Assembly (NCBI GenBank): GCA_973895155.1
Contig: OZ316895.1
Span: 11,887,919-11,951,918, forward strand
Origin: Marsupella aquatica
Lineage: Eukaryota; Plantae; Marchantiophyta
Reading direction: 5' to 3'
Length of the DNA stretch: 64,000 nucleotides
Shown here piece by piece: positions 33,466-48,985 of the stretch (its first letter is position 1; every line of letters starts with the position of its first letter). Below the pieces are notes generated by a model. That model made no database searches. It was not told the origin of the DNA and saw only the letters and a program-made list of their open reading frames with translations. A program made the position numbers and the translations under genes.

Positions 33466-36400
33466 TTCGTTCTCCCTTACACAGAGATGAACAACATCTT
33501 AGTGTTTGTCTAGAGTTCTAAGGGATTAGATTGTGAGTAATGGAAATAAATTATTTTATATGTGAAGTTAGTTTCTATGACCTGCATGGATTCTCATCAC
33601 CACTTGTTAAAAGACAAATGTTATTGTTGATATATCTGATCAAGTGAGGCTGGAAGTGCGGTCAAGGGTGAAGCTAGGAATCCTCTCCAAACAATCCACT
33701 GGCCAAGTTGTGGTTTGGATGGTAAAAGTGAGGAGGAGGTGGAACTCTAAACCCACTTCATATGACACATGATGACTGCAACCACCAAATACAGTATAGC
33801 CAATTAAAACAGCCATAAAAATCTTATTTACCCAAGAGTCTGCTACCATCATTGCCATGAGGATGTTAAACATAAGGGAATTGGACCCTAAAAAATACAA
33901 ACAATCCCAACTGGGAGATAGGCTAGGATCTTAAAGGTAATAGATCCAATCCAAGGAAGACCTACGAGCCCAAAGTCTCATTGCCCCCCATATCAGTAAA
34001 GGAACACCTCTACTGAGCAAGAAAACTGGAAACTTGTTAACACTCAGACGCAATACGCATAAGAGGATTACAAAAAAGGATTTTATTTAGAGGTCCTAAA
34101 ACAAATAGCCTTGACAACACCAATATTAAGTGTCCCATTAATTGCACATCAAAATATGACATATAGTATAGCATGTTCATCCTACTACATGCCTATTTTG
34201 ACTTATCTAAAAGAATTGAAATGAGGAGATATTTTAATTTCACTAGTTTGTGAAAAACAAGTATTGAAAAAATGATTATAAGAAAGTTAATGAAAAACCA
34301 GGAACCTTTTAAGAAAATTAAAGTGAAAAAAAGTACAATAGTACATGTGCATTAATTTCTATGTACTAGTCAATGTACTTGTATAAGTAGAACACTTTAT
34401 GATTCAAAGAGAGTGAACTACTGAATTTTGTTTTTTTAATTTTCTGCTCTGTTTGGGCTCTTTATTTAGGTGACACCTGTTGATGAATGAACCATGAACA
34501 ATGTAAATACTATAACCAATGGAATATAAGGTGCACTCATCAATGAATAGTGTACTAGTTGCTTGGTTGAAGGGTCCAACTTCTCATGCAAGTAAGGAAA
34601 TATGCCCCTCAAAATGTTTTAAAAAATATTGGGGACCTAATAAAAACTAAGGAAATGGGAAAAGTTAAAGGGTTGCCAAAAATGACTGAATTGTAAATAA
34701 TACATGGCTAAGCAAGGACTTGGCCAAATTAACATAAAAATACATTTCAATCAAATTGAATGAGACATGATAGCCAAAGAGTGTCCCACCATATAACAGT
34801 CTCAAAAAAATTGACAATATACAGTATAAGATGTCATACCAGACCATGATAAACACATTTTTTCTCTTTCAATTATTGTGTATTCATTGTACACCATATC
34901 TATTCACTGTCACATTTTAATGTGCAATTACCAGAATGTCAACACAATGTCAACACCACTACAGGAAAATTATAAGCAGGGAAAGGATTGTACTAAGATG
35001 CCAGTCTCAAGTAGTTGACATGATCTTTCAAAAGTCTCCCTCCATTGGTGTCCAACTGAGAGGCCACATTGAGAAGTTTCCTGGGAAGTTCCAGAAGTGT
35101 AAGGTGCTCTTCTCAAAGTTTAATGTGATACTGTACTGTAGACAATCAGTTTACACGGATCCTCACACTATACAGCACCTAATCAGGATGTACTGTACTA
35201 AGATCATGTTGTGCTAACCATCAGTGATTATCTTTTGCATTTTGCTAGGGAGTTTAAATGTGGACTATGTCAAGTGCCTAGAACATTAGTAAATTTATGG
35301 ACAGCCCTGAGATCTTCCCTGATTTTCATGACTGTTGTCAGATCTTCAAAGATTTGGCAAATGGAGCTCAGCTGAAGGCAGCTTATGGCAGATTTGGTTA
35401 ATTTTTCTTCTCAAATTTTCCAAATTGGATGGAAATCACTCTATCCCCCCCTCAACCTCCGTGATTTCTCCTGAACTTGGGATATTTAAATAGTGAACCT
35501 TCAGGATAACGTATCTTGACCTGTTACTCTCATTTATCATGCCATGATAACTCTTAATCATTGGGCCTGTCTCTCCACTATTTACTGTACCCTATTTCTA
35601 AATTAAATTTACTATTAATATACAATGTGCATCAGCTATTGTCGTTTATCGTGGACAGATTTATCATGCCTGTTAGTCCCCCCTTTGTGGTGGTTCCTTG
35701 GGTCCCTTTCTTACTCCTTATTGCTCACTAAACCCCTCCTTTCAAAGCCAAAATTAGTATGTAGATTAGATCTGATTGGAATGACATGTAAGTGTCATCA
35801 AAGTTTGCCTCAATATGGCTGAATTGTAGGTAAATAAGGTTTATGATTCTATCTCAGATAGGGACAACTCATTAGGACAGTCATTCACAGTTCCAAAATA
35901 ATGGCAGCAGAGGAGTTTAACGAGGATAAGGAGCTATGGTTCAGCTTTAGAGCTATTGATGTGCTTATCCAGTTGCGAACTTTCTTGTCAGTAACAAATG
36001 CAAGCAGTGCAAGCAATCCCGAGAACACCTGATCAATTTTGTCATATCAATTTGTTTGACGTAACATATTTGAAGGTCCCATAATTCTCTTACTTGTTGG
36101 CTTAGGGATATCAGCGTCGATGGTACAATACGATACAATAAACTGAGGAGTGCAAAGAAATACCGGGAGCAATACCAGAATTGCCAAAAACTTACATGTG
36201 CACAAAAGAGTCCTCCTTTCACCAATTGTAGTGTAAATGCGACAATATTAGCCGAGCTTCAGTTGCTGCAAAAAGGAATGGGAAATTTGGGTAGCAACAG
36301 AGGAATGATCATAACTCCACAAAGTGTGTATTCCCAGCTCCTCAATCCTTGTCCAAGCCACAATCAGCACAACTGCACATGCTAATCCATACAAAATGTA

Positions 36401-37159
36401 AGTTATGTAAACCACCTTTACAACAATACGTAAACTAAAGTTGTATACACAAAGTTCTCACAAAAGTGAGGACGTTAGAGAATCCTCGAGAGAATCCAAG
36501 CGTTCATTACATCCAGTACTATTTCAAGAAATTCCCAGTGAGATTACACATACAAAAATATAATGCAAAACACTGATATATCAATCAAGATAATTTTAAA
36601 AGGGCAATTTCTTTAATCCTAGTCTTTTTTTATGTCAAGTGTTTTTCTTCATCATTGTATTGTTTTTACAGTTACTACATCTGATTGTTTTTCTTTGCCA
36701 TACCACAAACAAAAAATCACTAGGATTTGTTTTTCTTGCACAACCACATTTTCCTGTTTGTAGCTAACCTTGCTGATGTGGCTAAATGTGGTGCCAAAGA
36801 TTTTTGGAAGAAGCTTCCATGAGGGTCCATAAAAAATTTGTTGTATCAATCGCACAGTCCATAGAGAAAGTAATATTTCATTGGTGACAGTTTTCTTGGG
36901 GTTCATTCTCCAGGGTAAGAGATTACCTGTTCATTGCTCCTGGGATTGTTTGGGTTTCTCCTGGTGCTATGTTCCCTCATACTTCACTTGTCTGTTGTAA
37001 TAAGGTTTTGGGACAATGCAAAAATTATCCCTACTTGAAGTTACCAAAATCACCTAAGCATCCTGACTGACATTTCTAAATTTACAAAAATAACACTAAA
37101 TGTCTCTAGTAGGGGAGGTGTCCCTTGTTCTCATAGCAGTTGTGCCTTTGTTCAATTGT

Positions 37160-37932
37160 AACAGATCATATCCTATCTTGTACAATATTCTGAACTGTTA
37201 TACCAAAATCCGTGCCCCTGTCCTTTTCCTTGTGTCCTTCACAATCCAAGAAAGTTACAATTGCTTTGTTTGAAGTTGTTGCTTGTCCGTGTCTAGCCTT
37301 TTGCCCACCAAAATGACAAGCTCTCTTCCATCTACAGCCACAAGCCACTCACAAATCTCCACTGCAAACGCACCGCTCACCTTGTACTGCAAATGATCAA
37401 TCAAGAACCGTCAAAAAATAGTCAGCTTAGTCAAGAAAACGTAACTCTTAATTTCTAAGTGCTTAGTCCTCCTAAACGTTCCCCCTCAAACGTCCGCACA
37501 GCAAGACCATCGGGAGACTCAATCTTTTTGGTCATTGCCTTGCTGAAATTGCTCTCTTGGAGTTGTCACCAGGCACCCAAACTTGGCTCTAATACCAATT
37601 GTTGGGAAAACCGGCACGATACAATCAAGAGCACAACCAACAAGCGTGCACAGACCAACACAAGATATATGTGATTCACCTTAGTCAAGGCTACGTCCAC
37701 GGAATGCAAGAGGCTTTACTAAGCTTTGGCCACCATGGTCACATCAAGCCTTCTTCTACAAACTCTCCTTCTAGCTCCCGAAATAATGAGAATGAGTCTC
37801 CAAGAAGAGCTCTCCCTAGCCCCTCTATAAGCTACATGCCAGAGTCACGGCTAATCACCATTAACACCCTAATGGTGGTTTAGCCTAAGTGACTAGAAGT
37901 TAACCCAAGACTAGAGTTAATCCTATATAACA
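37160..37932 (-). mobile_element. Truncated LTR retrotransposon (probably Ty1/copia): LTR 37600-37932, tRNA-Met PBS and short decayed internal part
   Basis: Minus-strand LTR TGTTAT...CCAACA (333 bp), followed after 2 nt by TGGTATTAGAGCC (37597-37585), matching the canonical TGGTATCAGAGC PBS. The internal boundary is approximate. Confidence 0.7.
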
Positions 37933-38779
37933 AACTGACATGACATGCTCTCCACTTGCCGGACTGTGTTTGTGAGGCCAAGCGGTATGCCTGTATGCCA
38001 AGTATGAGTGGTCCAGTGTAAGAGAGGTACGAGAAATTAAGAGAGGAGGTGAAGAGCTTGCCCTGCCGACAATCACACATCAAAATGTGGTAATATATTG
38101 TGTGCACTCATTCATTAAAGAAAATAATAAGATTTATCATATATGAAGTGATGTTGTACATTGTATATGTCATGTTTTGATGGGCAGAACTTGCATTACA
38201 TGTTGTTTTGCTTAGTATAGGGTACGGTGAGCTTTAAAGTGTAAAGGAGCCTAGACTTGACATGAGAGTGATGGGCCCTGCCGGTAATCACAAATCAAGA
38301 TGTGATAATATATGGTGTGCACTCCCTGATTTAAGGAAAACAAGAGTGAAAGAAGAATGATTTAGGGTGTGCCTTCCATCTGGCCCAATTGTGCTTTAGG
38401 CAAATTAAAGGAGGATACAGGGGGCATTAAATAGGTCCTATACCCAAGCAAAGGTACTTAGGGCAGTAATTTTTGTCTATATTAGAGATATTTATATTAC
38501 AGGCCAAATTATACAATAATATAAGCAGAATTATTGTTACTCAACTTATTATCATGTTTTAGTACACAGTAAAGGACTGTCACCCAATACTACTTTGAGC
38601 ACTCCAATAAATCTGGGTTTTCAGCTAAAATTTTCTTGATGTAAAAGTCAGTTCCTGCCGGTTGCGTTGGTGTCTGTTGGCATATTTTCTTGCTAACCAA
38701 GTTACTGTGCTGCATCCATTAGTCAGTCCATGCTTAGGTCAGGGGTTGGCACAACCCCATAAGTATATATAATTTATCT

Positions 38780-39059
38780 TCATCCTCTTTGACTCCCATG
38801 ACACCTTTCTCCCATGGACATCTTTGCCTTGCTTTCACTTCTTTTCTCATCTCTATATCTTTTTATCTCTTTGATATCTTTTTCTCACCTTGGAATTTTT
38901 TTGTCCTCAATATCTTTAATTTGCTCATCTTGACATCTTTTCTTTTCTTGACATCTTTTTTTTTGCCTTGATATTTTTGGCTCACCTTGACATTTTTTTC
39001 TCATTGACATTTATTTTCACTTCAACATCGTTAGTGCAATGCGCGGGCAATGGGCTGAG
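38780..39059 (+). mobile_element. Non-autonomous Helitron-like repeat, copy B
   Basis: CTTGACATCTTTT array ending in GTGCAATGCGCGGGCAATGGGCTGAG, which resembles plant Helitron 3' ends. Confidence 0.45.
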
Positions 39060-39139
39060 AATAACTTTCATTGTAATTATGCATATTTAAATTAATTTAT
39101 TGCCCAAAGTGGAACACAAGAATTTGAAGTCACATGGAT

Positions 39140-39295
39140 CACAAGATTGGTCTTTGAAACCCAGTGGGCCACATTACCAAAGTTTGAGTTTAATTTTACT
39201 AACTTGATATCCATATATTTTATAATTTTGGGGATATGGTAGGGGAGTAGGTTACTTATAAAAGGGACTGAATTTTTGGAATTGTGCATGGTGGC
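39140..39295 (+). repeat. Dispersed AT-rich repeat; related copies at ~41860-42200 and ~58005-58340
   Basis: Shared blocks GGA/GCCACATT..CAAA.TTTGA.TTAATT..AA.TTGATAT...G.TAG.GGAGTAG. The two later copies share further downstream sequence. Confidence 0.65.
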
Positions 39296-39949
39296 CCATC
39301 CTCGCTTCACTTTCTGGAACGTGAGTTTGAGAGTGAACGTGCTAACAAATAAAAGCCAAAAGGTATCCCTAAAGTTTTACTCCGCAGGAATTCCGATGCT
39401 TTCATCAGCCCGCGCATATTGTCCAGAACTGACAGTCAGGGAAGCCTTTCCATTGTTAATCCGGATCGTCCATATTATCCTGCAGCCACAAGGGCCGTCT
39501 AAATTGTCAGATACCCCGTCGTGTTTGGTGGGAAACTGTGACGCACCGTGATGATTACCGTGCAGTACTCTACCGTACCAAAAATGGCTGGCCAAGTACC
39601 ATCGTGCAATTATGAACGTATGGATATTTTCGCCTTTTACAATTTTGGGATGCTATTAGGATATCATTTATCCGACAGTCTAAAATGTGATAGAATTGTA
39701 CGGACTCATAATTTAATTTCTATATTTTATTGTCTTTAGGTTTATACAATTATATGATAAAGTGAGAAATGGGCTAAAATTAGTCTGGCTACAATAGTTT
39801 CTTTTTAAATTTTATCTACACTATGTTTTTGAGTAACAACAAACCCGGAGTTATTTACATGCTCATCTGAAAAATAGGTTTAAATTTATTTGCTTCTATA
39901 GTGTTTATATTTAAATTATGTTTGTGAGTAAAGTCAGGCATCACGAGTC

Positions 39950-40465
39950 TTGGTAGAGGAGCCCACTATAAATTGTGATAAATATACAGCTCATGAATTA
40001 TTCCATAGCGTAAAGTCATGATCCAATTTTATTTGATAATAGATTATTTATACTTCACCAATGCTCGTGAGTAATGACAGACAGTGGAGTATGGGCAGGG
40101 GAGCCCACTATCAGGTGCTGATCCAAATGCACAGCTCATTTTGGGCAGTGAAGTCAAAGGTTGAAAAATAAAATTTTGATATTTAAACTAGGTAGTTGAG
40201 AAGGGACAAGCATGGGAAGTCGGGTAAGTTAGCCCACTAAAATGTCGTGATCAAACTACAGCTCATGACTGACTTGGTAGAGTGAATTCATAATCACTGT
40301 TAAACATAATTTAATATGCATCAAAGTCAATCTGGCAATCTACTCTAATTGTTTTATATTAAATTAAGTTTTGAGAAGCCACAGAATAGAGAGTCCATAG
40401 AGAGTCCATAGAGGAGCCCACTATAACTTGTGATGGAATACAACTCATGACTTGTTTTCTAGAGT
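39950..40465 (+). repeat. Diverged tandem array, 4 units of ~130-180 bp
   Basis: AGCCCACTA...TGAT...ACA(G/A)CTCAT recurs near 39960, 40102, 40231 and 40415. Confidence 0.7.
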
Positions 40466-43400
40466 GCAATGATAGGCCAGATTTTATTAGGTGACATAAA
40501 AAATTTCATCTTTGACTTATACCTAAGAGTAGAGACAATCATGGTAAGTGTGTGTAAGGGAACCCTTAGTCTATATATTGACGTGTAGTTTGGTTAGTGG
40601 TTCCAAGGTTCCATTAGTCTAGATTCCCTCGAAATAAAGGGGAGATAACTTTGGGCGCTCTTATTGACATTTTGAAGAAACAATTTCTTCCTTAATAGCT
40701 CACCAAGGTCTCCTAGGGATTACACCCAGCCACTCGGGGGAAGAAGGTTTGAAAAATTGGGTGTGAGCATCGAAGGGGAAGCAAGCAATGGAAGGCTAAT
40801 GGGTGAAAGGCAAAAAGCTAAATTGGGTCACCAGTTGCCATCTTGAGGTGCTGAAAGCAAGGGAGAAGAGCGCAGGTGTTAGGTAAAAGTAACTTAAAAA
40901 GTCTCTTGTATGTGAGAACCTTAAATAGGCAAGGCGAGAGAATTTTGGGTTTCACCCCTGTCAAATTCATATAATTGCAACGTAACACACTAAAGGAAAC
41001 TCATAAACACTTATCGATAAGAGTGTCTCTGACTAAGTCGGAAATGGAATACAAAAAAAGTAGGGAAGTTCTCCCAAAGATGGCAGACTTTGGAGAGATT
41101 GCAATCTAGCAGATTTTCGCCACTAACAAAGTGACTCGTAGTATAGCACTCCAGAAAGCCGCGTGCAACGTCAATGGGACCGCCACCCAATCATCGAGTG
41201 TACTAGAAGGCCCACCGTCTAGATCGACGCTCACACAATCTCCCTAGAGAAAGAGTCTCCACACTCCGGCCGTCGATACCATCCGAAGTCGTTGGTCGGT
41301 ATGAAGAGCCAGCGAGGGCCATAAAAAGTTAAGGTACAGACGTACAGAGTTAAAGTGTGGATTGGCGCTGACTTTCGAGCCTTGTCAGAGGGACACGATG
41401 AATTAAGAATCAATAAACAACATAAACAAAAGGGTGGTAGCTCGAAAACAATAACGAATGAATAATGTTGGTCAAATTGTCAGAAGGACAAAGGGAAACT
41501 AAGTTTTAATGTAAAAGAAGCACAATGGCACAAAACCCAAAAGGCTGACGGTGTCAAGGAGTAAATAGGAATTGATTATTTTATGTTTGTTCCTCTAAAT
41601 GTTTATTATTTGGCATTCCTCGAAATGACAAATGCATAGACTCGTCTTCACTTAATTCTGTCTTTTATCTGACTTGCCTGATTGTCCGTGTTTAAATTTA
41701 ATGTCCTTTGTTTTTCAGCCTCAATATACTTCAGGGCATTATGAAAATTTGTCAGTTAAAATTTCGAGCACCTGGTTAGGAAATATTCTCTTATTGTTTT
41801 ATTAAAATTAGGAAAAATAAAGATGTTTTAGAGTGATCACACAAGGACCATAGTGTAAGAACCACAATGTTGGTCATTTGAAACCCTCATGGATCACATT
41901 TATCAAAATTTGAGTGTAATTGTAATAATTTGATATCCCTGAACTCAATTTCTGTTTTGTTTTGTGAATGCTAGTGGAGTAGGTCAAATACATTTCCATC
42001 AAAATGACTGTGAATTTTGGTCATTTTGGTTAAGTTATTCATCATAAAATGTGGAGAGGTAAATTCTATTAGATTAATTTTATGGTTTTAATATGAAAAC
42101 TAGGGCTTGTTTTATTGTGGCTCCTCTTCCTTAGTTGCCTTGCAGGTGAAAAACTAACAATTCTTAAAACTCAAATCATTAAGTTATAAGCCCAAAACTC
42201 CCATGCACGTCCACCAAAATATGGTCCAACATGGAGGTCCATCCGGGCTTCACTTGGAGATGTTTTAATATATTTAAGTGTATTAAGGTTTCTAAAATGG
42301 GCAATATAACCCTTTACTTAAAAAAGGGCAACATAACCACTCAAAACTCGAGCTAAAGGTCTTGTTTTTCACGGTACTATATCTAACAATGCACCCTAAA
42401 CCTGATTTAATATATACTAAATAATAGATGTGAGTACAATTATACTCAGTCTGTCTACTTTTTGTCTTAGAAAAACGCGTTTGAATGAGTCTCTATGTAG
42501 AAAGGGCTCCCAGCGATCCTCAAAAACATAATCTGAATAGCAAGATTTGTTGTTACCAAACAATTATGGCCAATCAGTGCGGTCTAAGGATTAGGGCATA
42601 AAGTAGACTTAGATAGTGAGTCACAGAATTAGTAAATTAGATTTCCGATGGAAAAACGAACCAACTAAGAAACTATGGGGTTTTTTTTATGAAAACCAAA
42701 CCAAAACAAAAGAGTGGTCACAATTTTATTTGAGAGAGCAAATTACTTTTGAGGCTTGTAGACTAGAAAAAGCCTGGTTTTTATACATGATTTTTATTTA
42801 ATTTTACAGTGGCCAGATTGTTTGGTCCCGTCCAAGACCCCCTCGGAGCCAGGCGGGGGAATAATAGTAGGGTATCATCATCTTAAAGTCATTTGGGTCA
42901 TAAACTACTATATGCACACGAAAATGCCTTGTTTTGACCTAGCGGGTCACCACATCCCCTATGGTATCTTTTTGGCATGGTGGTATCTTGAACGACTAGC
43001 CCAAATACAAATTACTAGCCCAAATAACTATAGTGTGTATGCACACGAAGTGCTACTTACACCTACTAAAACAATTGGAGTTCAAAAAACTTACATTTTT
43101 AGTGTTACTTTCCAAGAGAGTCCCGCTTTGAAGGAAAGGGAAATCTTGCAAATATTTTCATGATGCTGGAGAAGATAATTGTTGGAGAGGTGAATTATGT
43201 TGCGGAGGAGAAAAATAGCAAAGGTGAGCCTATATTGGAGTTGCAATTATAAGTGCATCCCATTGTAAGATTGTTGGAAGGTCAGTGATCACTGATTATA
43301 TAGGACTGATTCAACTGCAAATATACCATTCTGTTTTGGGCTTTAGATGCATTAGGTCCTTTGACAGAGTGGAGCTGGGCAGGTTGCTGCAGATCCTTGA

Positions 43401-45509
43401 GCTGTCTCTCCATTGTTTCAAATTTACATAGAGAATTCCTGATAGCAGCCATCTTGGGAGCAGGGTATGTCTTAGATATATAATGCTTAATCAGCGATAC
43501 CCAGTACTGTTCACTTCTTGCTCAACACCATCCTCAGAGCACCTCCAAGGGTTACTGTCACCGCATTGGTCTAGTGTAAAGTTATGTGGTCCAAACCCAA
43601 CATGGTTGGGCCAACAAGTCATCCCCAACGGCTTACTGGAACTGGATTGGAGCAAATGTTTAGCGCCTTGATTGATTGAATACTAGATCCATTTTTGAGC
43701 TATATTCTTATGACTACTATCCAAAAGTGCCTATTTTAGGAGGTAGGAAAACCCAAGTAACCATTGGGCTTGCATTTTGTCATACCACACTTGCTTACAG
43801 TATGCTACAAAAAGTCTCATGTGTCGCATCCGGGATATTCACTTCTTTTCTTCCAAATGATCGTGCACAGGTTTCTTTGAATTCAATTGGGAGGAGGACT
43901 TAAAAATATTTTACTGGAAGAAAAATGGGGGTGTTTTAATCTAATTTTGACAAGTCCATTCCAAAGTTTCTGGTCTATTGCTGCGCAACATTAGTGGTTT
44001 CTGCCACAAACACAAACGGCAGTGTTTGCCACAACAAACAAACATGACTGTTTATATTTGTTGCCATGCCAACAAAAACAGTTTGACCTGGTAATAGTAA
44101 AAACTGAAGAAAATTAAAATTTACAAGTCAATAACAAAGAGTGGGGGCCAAAAATCACCTGTTGTAACCATTTTATGTAATTTTTGAATTCAAGAATTAT
44201 TTTTTATATTTAATTTATTGTCTTAAAAATAAGAAAGACTATCTCTAGCCGTTAGATCTGATTGATTGACACATTTGGCATAAAAGGGGAAGATAGATGA
44301 CATTGAACATGTCATAAGAAAATATACATGTTGTTGGATTTAATTAGTAGATTAGCAAATGAAATCAAATGTTGATAAGTACCTGTGTGCACTCTAAACT
44401 TACTGTTTTCTAAGCTAGACATTTATCCTTTTTGGGTTTTCTGTAGCCATATTTTTGTCATCTGAATCCCGTTTTTAAGTTGCTTGCCAGCTTGGGGATC
44501 GACCTAGTTACTGAATACATTTGAACAAAAATGATATCTCAAAATTTTCTGACTACCCTCATCAAGCCAATCAAATGAAAGAGTCTGAAGTGAAAGGAAA
44601 AACAAGCAAGTGAGTCAGGATTTGGGGACTAAAGAAAGAAAGAAAAGTGGTGGAAGGTTAAAGTGGGCAAGGAGAGGGAAAGAGATTGGCAGCTGCAAGA
44701 TTCCCTTTAGTTTAGTCAGCATTACACTCTCCACATAAGCAATTTGAGTGACCCACAACAGTAGCTCAACTAAATAGAAATTTGCATCCCAATTTTATTT
44801 CTAGTCTCATTTTTCATAAGCACTCTAAAATGTTTTGTTAGTCAGGGTGATATGCAATTGTAATAGTTTTTTTTGCACAAACCAGGATGACACTAGAGTA
44901 GGTCACAAAATAATAAACTATTCAATTTCATACCACCCTAACTAACCAAATATTCTACATTTGTACTCTCACTGTACACAAACTACAATTTTTATACCAC
45001 TCTCACTGTACACAAGTGGAGGCTGCTTGTGAATAAATCATTATTTTAATTTACGAATGTTATGAGAATTTTGATGCCAACACTGACATTGCATTGCAGT
45101 GACTATGTACTATTGAAAACTCAGAAACAGTAAACGCAAGAGATACATGTATTAGATTCTTGGCAAGTATTGAAGTATACATAAATAGGGGAAACTAAGT
45201 ATGCTGAGGGCCCTGGGATGTCACAATGAGAGCCTCCGAGACAACCCCCAAGACAACACATAATGCCCTGCCATGCGTGGGGAGGGTTGCAATCGAAGTC
45301 ACACTGCAAGAACCAGCAAGGCTCCCTCGTCGTGGTCTCCAGAGGGCAGGAACATGCGACCCTGGGTTAGCAAGTCTCACTAGTTTTCATTACGGTACAC
45401 AATATTCCTGGTTCCAAGGAAACTTCTAAAGTAAGTAAATAAATAAATTTTCTGACACCATTTCATGGTAGAGACCCAAGTTATCGCCGAAAATTGTTTC
45501 GAGACCTCA

Positions 45510-45960
45510 TATTAGAAGTTCAAAAGTCCAGATCAGAGAATGGGGAATTAAATGGGCAATTCATTCTACTCTCAATCAGACTTCAATCAATTGAGGTCAC
45601 GAACTCATATCAGAAGCCCAAAAGTCCATATCAGAGAGAACGGGTAATTAAATGGGGAATTCAATTTTCTCTGAATCAAACTGCGATCAGTTTGAGGTCA
45701 CGAAATTATATCCGAAGCCCAAAAGCCGAGATCAGAGAATGGGGACTGTAATGGGGCAATTCATGTTTCTCTGAATTGAACTTCCATCAATTTGAGGTCA
45801 CGAACTCATATTAAAAGCCCAAAAGTCCAGATCAGAGAATGGGGAATGAAATGGGCAATTCATTCTACTCTCAATCAGACTTCAATCAATTGAGGTCACG
45901 AACTCGTATCAGAAGCCCAAAAGTCCAGATCATGAGAATGGGGAACTGAATGGGCAAGTC
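45510..45960 (+). repeat. Minisatellite, ~4.5 x ~100 bp
   Basis: AAAAG(T/C)C..ATCAGAGAATGGGGAA...TTGAGGTCACGAA..ATATC.GAAGCCC units start near 45522, 45620, 45721, 45821 and 45919. Confidence 0.9.
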
Positions 45961-48900
45961 AGCTTTTTCTAAATCAAGCTTCATCAAATTAGAAGGAAGG
46001 ATATATGAATTAAAATGGGACGACCCTTGTTTCTCACTTCTAGCTAGTCGATTGAGAAGTCGTTGTACTTTTATGTTTCTCCTTAATAGTTTCTGTTTTG
46101 TAAGAAGAGGAAGCTTAGAAGGGCGTATGGATTAGAACACTCTCGATAATTCTATTTAAATTTTCAGTTGTGTGGAGATTCCATCTTCTAACGGATTAGA
46201 AGGAAGCATGACAAGGGATTGGTATGATTTCAGGGATCCAGTTGCAGCAGGTTAACACAAATTTACAACCTAAACTGGCTCAAGAATTGAGATTAAAGAG
46301 TAACACTGAATTTGAACATTTTCTGGTCATGATTGTGACCATCAGACACTTCAAGCTTTCAATTGGCATGAAAAAGTCTGGAACGGTATTGAGCTAAGGG
46401 GAAGGTGAACACAAGTCACTGCACAAATCTATAAAATGGACATCCATTGCAAGCACGGTAATCGGCTGAGAATATGAAATAAACACATTATCTGCATTTC
46501 TCACTGGATCATAGATTCTCCACCGCGTTGCCATACGAAGGACCATTCAGAAAACAAAGAAGAACGGCGAGAAATCTGTGCTGCTCTCAATATTGCTTGA
46601 ATTGAGCAAAGCAATCTGCCACTCTACAAAATCGGAGAAGTAATTGAGGAACGAGCAAACCCGTTAGCAGTATCATCAGAGCTAGTAAGGTCTAACTCAT
46701 CGACGGTCTACAATGGCCTCAGAAGACCACCACAACGAGTCTTCAGGTTAGCCTTTCAAAACGCAATTGTACGTAATTGAGTGCCAGACTTGGTGTAAGT
46801 TTGACGACCCGAAAGGTTGTGTTGTACGACGCCCCTGCATACCGTGATAATCCTAGTTTTTTCCTTTCAATCAATGAATGCAGCCACATTTTGATGTGTG
46901 ATTACCAGCAGGGCGAAAGGTTGGTCTTGAAATACGCTTCTTAAGTAGTGAATTGAGTACCGAGATTTGGTTTGAAGCGACTGCCAAAGAGAAGGAACTG
47001 CCGAAGAACATTTCGAAGACCCAGATTGCGTGAGTCCTGACTCAGAGTAACAAGACGACACAGAAATTCCAAAGCCAATAAATTGAGACTAAAGGCCACA
47101 ATAAAGACCGAGATATCTGAAAACCATATTGTTTTCTAGTAAAAATGCATCCTTTCTGGTTAGTGCTTTGAATTTTGTTACTCTTGCATGTAGCTCAAAC
47201 TTATTTCATTTATATAATATGGAATGGAATGGAATCACAAGTTTTACTAATTCGTCCTTTTTACAAAGCAACGTATAAAAAGTTGCACGTAATTTTCATA
47301 GTTGTAACTACTCATGTTTTATTATTCTTTGACATATCTTTAGTCATGTTGACTATTACATTGCGTCCTATCGGTACCTGTAAACCAAACTAAGACCTGG
47401 ATAAGGTTAAACACAATGGGGCCGGTTCAACTTAGAACCAAGAAAACAAATGGGATCTAAAGTTAGATTGAGACTAAAGGCAAGTCGAAAGACCGTAGAA
47501 GTAAGGTCAAAATATAAACCAGACTGCTAAGTGGTCACAGGCCCGGGTAGGGTACACAATACGAATAGGCCCAAGCTAGACTTGCGAGTAAAGGCTAATT
47601 CGAAGACCCAAACAGGCTATTCCTTGTCAGTAAAGAATTGAGTTCAAAAACAAAGAGCAAACCGAAGCTAGACTTGAAGCTACAGGCTAGTTCAGAGACC
47701 CAAACAGGGTTTTACTTGTAACAAAGCATTGTATGCAAAACGAAAAATTCAAAAAGGTAACGCCAGAAACCTCAGTAAAACTTTCATGGAACCTCTACAG
47801 AACAGCAAGTCGTAATAATACAACTTCACTTTGAGATGGCTAGAGCGAGAAAGAATAGAACTCAAAACAAAAACAGAAAAAAAATAACGCCAAAACCTCG
47901 GGAGTAAAAAGCCATACTACCTCTAGCGAACAGCAAGTTTTCATTAGAAAACTACTCTTGGCAAATGCTAGAGTGAGAATGAAGTGACTCGGTCACCATT
48001 TTTGGTGATCCCCCATGCAACCTACGGTCCGAATGAACCTCAAAACATATACGTATAAAGGACGTCATCTGTAATGATACTCGTGCTTGCTCGAATCTCC
48101 GTTCCGCCGAGTGCAGGTTGGAGGGTGCTGATCGAAAGAACCAATTTGCGTGTCTCAGAAAATCTGCGGTGACGTATACAGAGATGTTGCGAGAACAATC
48201 GAATCGTTCGCATTGTTTATTAGTCCTACACCAATGGACTTCGAGATTACAAGGCTGAATGTCAACTCCATACGGGAAAAGACTACTTGCAAAGAATGTG
48301 CCTCAGTTGACAGAGGTGAAAGTACGGACAGATGAAACTTTAAATTGAACAAAGTGACAATCTATAGCAGCTCCAATTTGAAGACCCTGCTCTTTAAATT
48401 TCACCAATTCAGTCTTCATATATCGATGATGATGATGATGGGAGGTACCGCTCTTAGAGAACTATTGTAACAAACTGACTTTGACTAGTGTACAGGACGT
48501 GAGAAAGGAATCATCCGGAAGATTGTTCCTCCTGCGACATGAATCCTTTGGCACGAATTGAAGACAAGTGCTCTAGTTGGCTTCCCCTACGTTTCGACCA
48601 GAACTTCGCCCTGTTCATAATCTGGTATGTAAACTGTGCCCAAACAATACAAACTACATGACTAAAAACCTACAAAGATCCAGTGGTATCAACTGACACT
48701 CAGCCACCCCACAAAATGGATAATACGCCAACCGTGTAACTACAGAGGAGGTCAACGGCTACATGCTTCACCTGCTGTGCTCTATCGTAGCTTTGAATTG
48801 GTCAGGATTTTTCGTGACCATCCGGTTACATGAAATTCAGTTGTACGAGAACAAAATGTAGCGGGCATGCCAAGAGGTGAAATAACATGGCTTTCCCCCT

Positions 48901-48985
48901 CCTCCCAAAGATTACAGTAGTACAACTGAGTATATACAGTAGTACCCTTGCTCGTCGAATTCTCTTCTACTTCCGTGGCCTTCAC